DNA of 64,000 bases from an uncultured Candidatus Saccharibacteria bacterium (GTDB lineage: Bacteria; Patescibacteriota; Minisyncoccia; Ryanbacterales; 2-02-FULL-48-12). How positions within the stretch are numbered: the first letter of the stretch is position 1; every line of letters starts with the position of its first letter. A model generated the notes under the pieces. It saw nothing but the letters and a program-made list of their open reading frames with translations. It ran no database searches and had not been told where the DNA came from. The stretch is from assembly GCA_964479945.1 (NCBI GenBank), contig CAYZNS010000001.1, positions 11,493 to 75,492 of the forward strand, read 5' to 3'. The position numbers were made by a program, and so were the translations under genes. Positions 58,425 through 64,000 of this stretch are shown here, piece by piece.

Positions 58425-59249
58425 ATGAACATGACCGGGCAGGAACTATTCTTTTTCGATCAAATATCGCTCTCCCACCTTGTCACGGAACATGCGGCCG
58501 GATACAGAGCAGCGATGCCGTTTCCACATGTGGTACTAAATAATTTTCTTCCGCCTGCCACTGCTGATGTTCTTGAAACATCGTTCCCTTACCCTACCGA
58601 GATAACGTGGAAAGACAAAACGCATGAGCACAGTAAAAAACTTGCCTGCCAGAATGATACGCTGTTTCCTCCTGCCATCCGCTATATCCTCAGCCAGTTT
58701 AATTCTTCCGTATTTATACGCTTCTTGGAACAACTTACCGGCATCCAAAACCTCCTACCCGATCCCCATTATGAAGGAGGCGGCATGCATCAAATTGAAC
58801 CGGGAGGTTATCTGGACATTCACGCTGACTTTAATCGGCATCACGTGTTTCAGTTAGAACGGCGACTCAATTTGCTTTTCTACCTTAATAAAAACTGGCC
58901 GGAAGAGTATGGAGGACACTTGGAACTCTGGGGTAATGATATGACACAATGCGAAAAGAAAATTCTTCCTATTTTTAACAGATGTGTTATATTTAGCACG
59001 TCCGATTCCTCTTTTCATGGTCATCCCGCACCATTGGCGTGCCCGCATGGCATGACGCGAAAATCACTCGCAATGTACTACTATACGAACGACCGCCCCA
59101 TAAATGAACTATCTCCCGCCCATTCAACGTTATATAGGAATGGTTATAAGAACGTAAGCCGTAAGAATTCACTACAGTATATAGCAAAGCGTATTATACC
59201 ACCGATTATTTTTGACAGCGCGCGCATTATATGGAAAAACATAAAATAA
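58425..59249 (+). CDS. 2OG-Fe(II) oxygenase superfamily protein (prolyl-4-hydroxylase-like)
   Basis: HADF...H two-His-one-carboxylate pattern (DIHADFNRHH ... SSFHGHP) and RLNLLFYLNKNW. Confidence 0.65.
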   Translation: MNMTGQELFFFDQISLSHLVTEHAAGYRAAMPFPHVVLNNFLPPATADVLETSFPYPTEITWKDKTHEHSKKLACQNDTLFPPAIRYILSQFNSSVFIRFLEQLTGIQNLLPDPHYEGGGMHQIEPGGYLDIHADFNRHHVFQLERRLNLLFYLNKNWPEEYGGHLELWGNDMTQCEKKILPIFNRCVIFSTSDSSFHGHPAPLACPHGMTRKSLAMYYYTNDRPINELSPAHSTLYRNGYKNVSRKNSLQYIAKRIIPPIIFDSARIIWKNIK

Positions 59250-59968
59250 TTTATATAGGTAATGACCGTTGGTCACACCAGCTGGACAATATTCAGCAAA
59301 ATCTTTCTAACAAGTGCGATGTCGTGGCCATATTCACCGAACCAAACACCAAAAATTTCGACAACCGCGGCTGCCCCGTATATCGTGATAATATCAATGA
59401 GAAGTTAGAAACAGTGCAAGAATATAAGCCGGACTTCATGATCGTGTATGGCTGTCCCTATCTTCTCAAGCAACCAGTGCTTAATATCGCGCCTGTGATA
59501 GGCATGCATCCCACCCTCCTACCAATGCGCCGCGGACATGCTCCGCTAAACTGGGCCATAATAGACGGCTTGGAAGAATCAGGAGTGACGCTTATGTTTT
59601 TGGATAAAGGGGCGGATTCGGGAGATATTATTTACCAGAAAAAATTTTCCATAGATCCAAGAGACACCATCAATGACCTCTTAAAAAAAGCAAATGATGT
59701 GCTGATAAAGATGACTACTGATCTTATTGTCAATTATCCAAACGTTCCACGCACGACGCAAAATCACTCCGATGCAACATACAAAAAAAAACGGATGCCA
59801 GCCGACGGTGAAATACGATGGGACACTATGTCAACTGAAGAAATAGATAGGCTAATCCGCGCTACCACCGGTCCACACTATCCCGGAGCATTTTTTGTTG
59901 TTGGGAATAAAAAAATTGTCCTGTGGGATGCAGTATTTACCATTCAAGACTTGCCGGAAAATTTATGA
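59231..59968 (+). CDS. formyltransferase (Formyl_trans_N fold; sugar/amine N-formyltransferase-like)
   Basis: FMIVYGCPYLLKQPVLNIAPVIGMHPTLLPMRRGHAPLNWAIIDGLEESGVTLMFLDKGADSGDII, with the catalytic His/Asp region. Confidence 0.7.
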   Translation: MEKHKIIYIGNDRWSHQLDNIQQNLSNKCDVVAIFTEPNTKNFDNRGCPVYRDNINEKLETVQEYKPDFMIVYGCPYLLKQPVLNIAPVIGMHPTLLPMRRGHAPLNWAIIDGLEESGVTLMFLDKGADSGDIIYQKKFSIDPRDTINDLLKKANDVLIKMTTDLIVNYPNVPRTTQNHSDATYKKKRMPADGEIRWDTMSTEEIDRLIRATTGPHYPGAFFVVGNKKIVLWDAVFTIQDLPENL

Positions 59969-60657
59969 AAATCTTAATTATAGCCGCGCATCCAGATGAT
60001 ATAGAGCCGCAGATGGGCGCAACTATTTATCAATTCACCTCTTCGGGTCACGATGTTACCATGATGACATTGATTCTACCCGAGGATGATAATAAAGGGA
60101 ACAAGATTGACGGATCCAAACAACGGAGGCGTAAAGAAATGGAGAAATCAGCAAAGATATTAAGCGCCCGACCAGTCATCTTTGATGAAGATAGAGAAAC
60201 ATTTTCTATTGATCCGCGAGCCAGAACAAGAATAATCGAAAAAATATATAAAGACTACCGGCCTGATATAGTATTCACCTGCTGCGAAGATGATTCGCAC
60301 TCCGACCATGCCATTGTTTACCGTGCAGTGCTTGGAGCAACCAGGGATAATAGTTCAGACCTTTATTTGTTTCAGCCCGTCATACCGGGGAATCTCTACC
60401 CACAACGTTTCAGAGCAAATGCCTTCTCGCATTTTTCACAACATGTCATGGATAAAAAGTTGGAGAGCATACGCTGCTATGTATCCCAAATGGAAAAAAG
60501 TCCGCGTTACAATGAAGAAAACTGGATTGGCGCTACCATGGCCCGTGACAAAATGTATGGTGGGCAGCTGGGAACTGAATACGCAGAAGCATTCCAGATG
60601 CTACGTGGCAAGTTGCATATTAACGGTAACTACTCACAAAGCGGATACTTTTTATGA
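59965..60657 (+). CDS. PIG-L/LmbE-family de-N-acetylase
   Basis: MKILIIAAHPDDIE and HSDH motifs. ATGA overlap with the formyltransferase stop. Confidence 0.75.
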   Translation: MKILIIAAHPDDIEPQMGATIYQFTSSGHDVTMMTLILPEDDNKGNKIDGSKQRRRKEMEKSAKILSARPVIFDEDRETFSIDPRARTRIIEKIYKDYRPDIVFTCCEDDSHSDHAIVYRAVLGATRDNSSDLYLFQPVIPGNLYPQRFRANAFSHFSQHVMDKKLESIRCYVSQMEKSPRYNEENWIGATMARDKMYGGQLGTEYAEAFQMLRGKLHINGNYSQSGYFL

Positions 60658-61430
60658 GACATTCTCTATCTATTATTCTTCCGATGCTTAATGAGGAAGA
60701 AAATGTTGAACCTGTTACCAAAGAGCTTGCGCAAACCTTAGAGGCAGCTTCTATCCCTTATGAGATTATATGCGTCAGTAATGGATCAACTGACAGGACG
60801 GAGGAATTTATAACTACATGTTCCCAGCAAAATCCACATATTCGGGGCATTTTTTTGCGCGAGAAGGGATATGGCCTTGCCATCACGACTGGCTTTAAAA
60901 CCGCTACTACAGACCTGCTTACCATCGTAAGTGGAGATGGGCAGGTTGATCCGCACGATATCGTGAAAGCCTATGAGATAATGGAACGCACGGATGTGGA
61001 CATTGTAAAACCGCGGCGCACGCACCGCAGCGACGGCTGGCACCGCGCGTTTCTGGCAGCAGCTCATACCATACTCCTAAAAATAGTATTCGGCCTGCCC
61101 GGATGGGACATTGACGCGCCGCCCAAAATCATTAAACGTGCTTTCGCCGAGCGTCTGCATCTGGAAAATAAAGAGTTTTCCATTGACGACGAGATTATGA
61201 TAAAAACGCATCACATAGGCGGCACTATGGCCGAACTTGACGTAGGTTGGCGCACACGCAAACATGGCACACCACATGTGGCCCGCGCGATATTGAAAGT
61301 AAGCTGGTGCATGTTTAAAAATATTATGCGATGGCGCTTGCATTATCGCGCATTGATAACAGATAAAATTTCCCCGCCTTCTCCAAACAAAAAAACCGCA
61401 GGGGAACATATATCTCCGCCTGCGGGATAA
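60654..61430 (+). CDS. GT2 glycosyltransferase (polyprenol-phosphate hexosyltransferase-like)
   Basis: LSIILPMLNEEENV...YEIICVSNGSTDRTEE. Confidence 0.8.
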   Translation: MRHSLSIILPMLNEEENVEPVTKELAQTLEAASIPYEIICVSNGSTDRTEEFITTCSQQNPHIRGIFLREKGYGLAITTGFKTATTDLLTIVSGDGQVDPHDIVKAYEIMERTDVDIVKPRRTHRSDGWHRAFLAAAHTILLKIVFGLPGWDIDAPPKIIKRAFAERLHLENKEFSIDDEIMIKTHHIGGTMAELDVGWRTRKHGTPHVARAILKVSWCMFKNIMRWRLHYRALITDKISPPSPNKKTAGEHISPPAG

Positions 61431-61432
61431 GA

Positions 61433-61684
61433 TTACAATAACTCTTCTAACACAACTTTAGAAATTATTGCATTGAACACGGGGGCCATACCTTTATCGC
61501 CCCCGATTTTTTCTCCGTCATCAAATGGATCGGCATCAACCTGATACCACTCCATGCCGGCACCAACAAATGTCAACAATGCCGGGTCGTTCGCAATGTG
61601 CATATCAATGCGCCACAAGGTTTTTGCCTTGTTATACCCAACATTGACAACTAAATGACCTTCAAATCTAAAAGGAGATATCAT
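61433..61684 (-). CDS. small hypothetical protein
   Basis: 83-aa ORF with a GGGAGG RBS before the internal ATG. Could instead be the frameshifted C-terminus of the DUF218 gene. Confidence 0.3.
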   Translation of the reverse strand: MISPFRFEGHLVVNVGYNKAKTLWRIDMHIANDPALLTFVGAGMEWYQVDADPFDDGEKIGGDKGMAPVFNAIISKVVLEELL

Positions 61685-62375
61685 GGTACATTCCTCCCAT
61701 AAAGTAAAATGCTCGACGATCTCGTTCGTTGAGATACGCAATCCCACGCTCAATGGAAACAAGGGGCATAAGCAATGGGTTTACAGAAACAGGATTTTGA
61801 TACGCCTGAATCCGATTGAGTTCCTCCACAAATAGTTTAAGCCGAGTCCCGGTTAAGACACCTTGTGAATGGATGACGGACTCATTCCATGGAAGAGGCA
61901 TACCTACCCGATTGTACACAAGAAGTTCCGGGTATTCCTTGTCCAAAGCGGTTACCATGGTGAGAAAGGAACGCAGTTGATGAAAGTGAGGAGCAACCAA
62001 ATATATGCTCCTCCAAGAACTTTTCTTCGCCAAGCGTGCCACGCTTATCATCTCGCTTAACGTATTGACACACTTGGCATCTATGAATTCCTGGCAAATA
62101 TACATTGGCACAATCGCCGTGGACGGAACACCTTCTTCTTTTAATTTATGTAATGAGTATTCGTAGCCGCAATACCCATACCCTTCTCCGTTCGCCTGAA
62201 TAGCAATCCGCGGAACAACCCCACCCTTCCAAAGCTCAGATCCTCGCAACAACACAGACAACCCGTTATAAGCCGTTTCTCCCACCAGATATGCGGCATC
62301 AGGCTTTTGGGAAGAAGGTATTTCATCCCCCAAAACGCGAGCCAAAAGTACAAGCCAACTTTCTGAATATGTCAA
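61668..62375 (-). CDS. DUF218 (YdcF/SanA-like) protein
   Basis: ...CVNTLSEMISVARLAKKSSWRSIYLVAPHFHQLRS matches the DUF218 core pattern (nT.eNa ... vilVTs.fHm.Ra). Confidence 0.5.
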   Translation of the reverse strand: MTYSESWLVLLARVLGDEIPSSQKPDAAYLVGETAYNGLSVLLRGSELWKGGVVPRIAIQANGEGYGYCGYEYSLHKLKEEGVPSTAIVPMYICQEFIDAKCVNTLSEMISVARLAKKSSWRSIYLVAPHFHQLRSFLTMVTALDKEYPELLVYNRVGMPLPWNESVIHSQGVLTGTRLKLFVEELNRIQAYQNPVSVNPLLMPLVSIERGIAYLNERDRRAFYFMGGMYHDISF

Positions 62376-62484
62376 AGTGCACCTCCATAAAAAATTACTT
62401 CCAAGACATAGTACCTTTTTTGTTCTCTGATGTCAACATGTTTATTCGTTGACACTTCTTCATAGAGTTCTTTATACTAGGTGT

Positions 62485-63873
62485 ATGTGTTCAGTCGCGG
62501 GAGCTAAAAACCCGGACGACGTGGCGCGGATGCTTCAGATGATGAAACATCGCTCACCAGACGGAATAAACAAAATTTATGACGGCAGGTTTTGCCTGGG
62601 AATGGGGCGGCTTGCCGTTATTGATTTGGTTTCTCCCAATTTGTTTCCATACCAGGAAAACGGTATGGTTCTTTCGTTTAATGGGGAAATTTACAACTAC
62701 GTTGAGCTGCGCGAAGAACTCAAAAAACGTGGGCACGCGTTCCACACAACTTCTGACACGGAAGTATTGATGAAAGCATGGCAAGAATGGGGTACGCAAT
62801 GCCTCAATAAACTCAATGGCATGTTTGCGTTTGCGGTGTACGATGGCGTAATGGTAACGCTTGCCCGCGACATTGCCGGAGAAAAGCCGCTGTATTTCCG
62901 CCGAAAAAACTTCACATTCGCTTCGGAAGCAAAGGCGCTGGCATGGGACTGCGAGGAACTCCCGCCCGGGCACACACTGACATACAACATGGAGACGTAT
63001 GAAATCGCCATACAGCGTTACTGGTCTCCTCAAAAAGTGAATATCCCCACCCATGAAGGCGGAGCGGAAGAAATGCTGGAAAAGTTATTAGAAGACGCCG
63101 TGCGGATTCGCACGCGAAGCGACGTGCCCTACGCATTATATGTATCGGGAGGCGTGGATTCCACGCTGATATCCACGTTTCACACCTTTAAGGAAAACAT
63201 AACCTATACCGATGACGACAAACGGGAAGAATTTTTAAAGAACTTTGAAAACATAGTATGGCATCTGGATTATCCTATAAAAAGCTTCTCCGCATTTGCG
63301 CTGTGGAAACTGGCAGAGGAAGCAAGCAAAAAAGTCCGTGTGGTACTTTCCGGCGAAGGAGCGGACGAGCTCTTCGGCGGGTACGTACGGTATGTACAGC
63401 CCCACTTTAATTATCTGGCGCATACGGCATTTCCCTCATACACGGCCATGTTCCATCCCGCGCGCAGCGTTCATGAAAGCGGCTGGGAAGAATTTAATGG
63501 CAATTTGCAGGAACTCTTGCGCATGGGGGACCGAATGGCAAGCGCGTGGGGACTTGAAAACCGCTGCCCATTTCTGGACCGGCGCATCATAGAATTCGCG
63601 TTTTCCCTGCCGCATTGCCTAAAGATTCAAGGACACCAAACCAAAGTAATCCTTAACAGGATTCTTAAAAAACGCCTACCCGCTTATAAAGATATAGAGA
63701 AGGCAGGTCTGTATGTATCCGTGAATGCATGGCTGGGCATGCCCCAAGAAGGATATGGAAAAGACACCTATCTTAAAAAACAACAGGATATATGGCGCGC
63801 GTTTCAGCAGCAAGCGCAAGTAGAAAATACTTTATTTAACAGAGAATTAATAAGAGAAGAGAAAAATATATGA
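62485..63873 (+). CDS. asparagine synthase (glutamine-hydrolysing)-family amidotransferase
   Basis: N-terminal MCSVAG (class II GATase catalytic Cys2), SGGVDS PP-loop. Confidence 0.85.
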   Translation: MCSVAGAKNPDDVARMLQMMKHRSPDGINKIYDGRFCLGMGRLAVIDLVSPNLFPYQENGMVLSFNGEIYNYVELREELKKRGHAFHTTSDTEVLMKAWQEWGTQCLNKLNGMFAFAVYDGVMVTLARDIAGEKPLYFRRKNFTFASEAKALAWDCEELPPGHTLTYNMETYEIAIQRYWSPQKVNIPTHEGGAEEMLEKLLEDAVRIRTRSDVPYALYVSGGVDSTLISTFHTFKENITYTDDDKREEFLKNFENIVWHLDYPIKSFSAFALWKLAEEASKKVRVVLSGEGADELFGGYVRYVQPHFNYLAHTAFPSYTAMFHPARSVHESGWEEFNGNLQELLRMGDRMASAWGLENRCPFLDRRIIEFAFSLPHCLKIQGHQTKVILNRILKKRLPAYKDIEKAGLYVSVNAWLGMPQEGYGKDTYLKKQQDIWRAFQQQAQVENTLFNRELIREEKNI

Positions 63874-64000
63874 AAAAAATACTTGTTACAGGCGTATCTG
63901 GGTTTCTTGGGCATCATTTTATCCAACATGCGCAGGATAAAGGATACTTTGTACTCGGCGTTGATAAGCGCCCCATCCCTAAAGGACACCATAAGCCAAA
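63870..64000 (+). CDS. NAD-dependent epimerase/dehydratase, N-terminal fragment (3' partial)
   Basis: MKKILVTGVSGFLGHHF Rossmann motif. ATGA overlap with the asnB-like stop. Confidence 0.7.
   Translation, partial: MKKILVTGVSGFLGHHFIQHAQDKGYFVLGVDKRPIPKGHHKP

Noticed and set aside
1-64000. Numerous 60-230-aa ORFs antisense to or overlapping the large genes (for example 1536-2213, 5320-6006, 6544-7188, 21390-22088, 42376-42915)
   Set aside because: They lie opposite confidently assigned coding regions, lack motifs and have biased low-complexity composition typical of shadow ORFs.

Overview
This 64-kb window comes from a compact, gene-dense bacterial genome. Many genes start on TTG or GTG, and several neighbours overlap as ATGA or GTGA (for example ugd/UXS and CotH/VTC).

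Positions 1-15 kb carry housekeeping genes: the 3' end of htrA, a minimal mfd, rpsA, gyrA, an FAD oxidoreductase, hpf, and a polyamine trio (arginine decarboxylase, a deoxyhypusine-synthase-like gene, agmatine deiminase).

From about 15 kb to the window end lies a very large cell-envelope glycan biosynthesis region. It holds:
- murB.
- UDP-sugar genes (ugd, a UDP-glucuronate decarboxylase, several SDR epimerases).
- A CDP-sugar pathway: rfbF, rfbG, a DegT aminotransferase, an NDP-hexose C-methyltransferase, a split transketolase and an RmlD-like reductase.
- Two tandem O-antigen-ligase/TPR membrane proteins, a WbaP-type initiating transferase, a Wzx flippase, five GT2 enzymes and two GT39-like membrane enzymes.
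- A formyltransferase, a PIG-L deacetylase, an AsnB-like amidotransferase and a 2OG-Fe(II) oxygenase.
- A three-paralog CotH / VTC-domain / DUF4956 module, one CotH fused to a parallel beta-helix.

Several non-coding features stand out:
- A MITE-like element with ~45-nt imperfect terminal inverted repeats occurs four times, each exactly filling an intergenic gap in the glycan region. One copy is full length and carries a four-helix-bundle (TIGR02436 / 23S-rRNA-IVS-type) gene interrupted by an in-frame TGA. The three short copies are internal-deletion derivatives of it.
- A recurring family of low-complexity A-rich/T-rich palindromic terminator elements.
- A 10-3-10 palindromic operator-like motif present twice.
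- Several nested palindromes.
- A (GTAACTC)x4 heptanucleotide repeat inside murB.
- A degraded IS5-family transposase.

Coordinates of features not in the ORF track were counted by eye and may be off by 1-3 nt.
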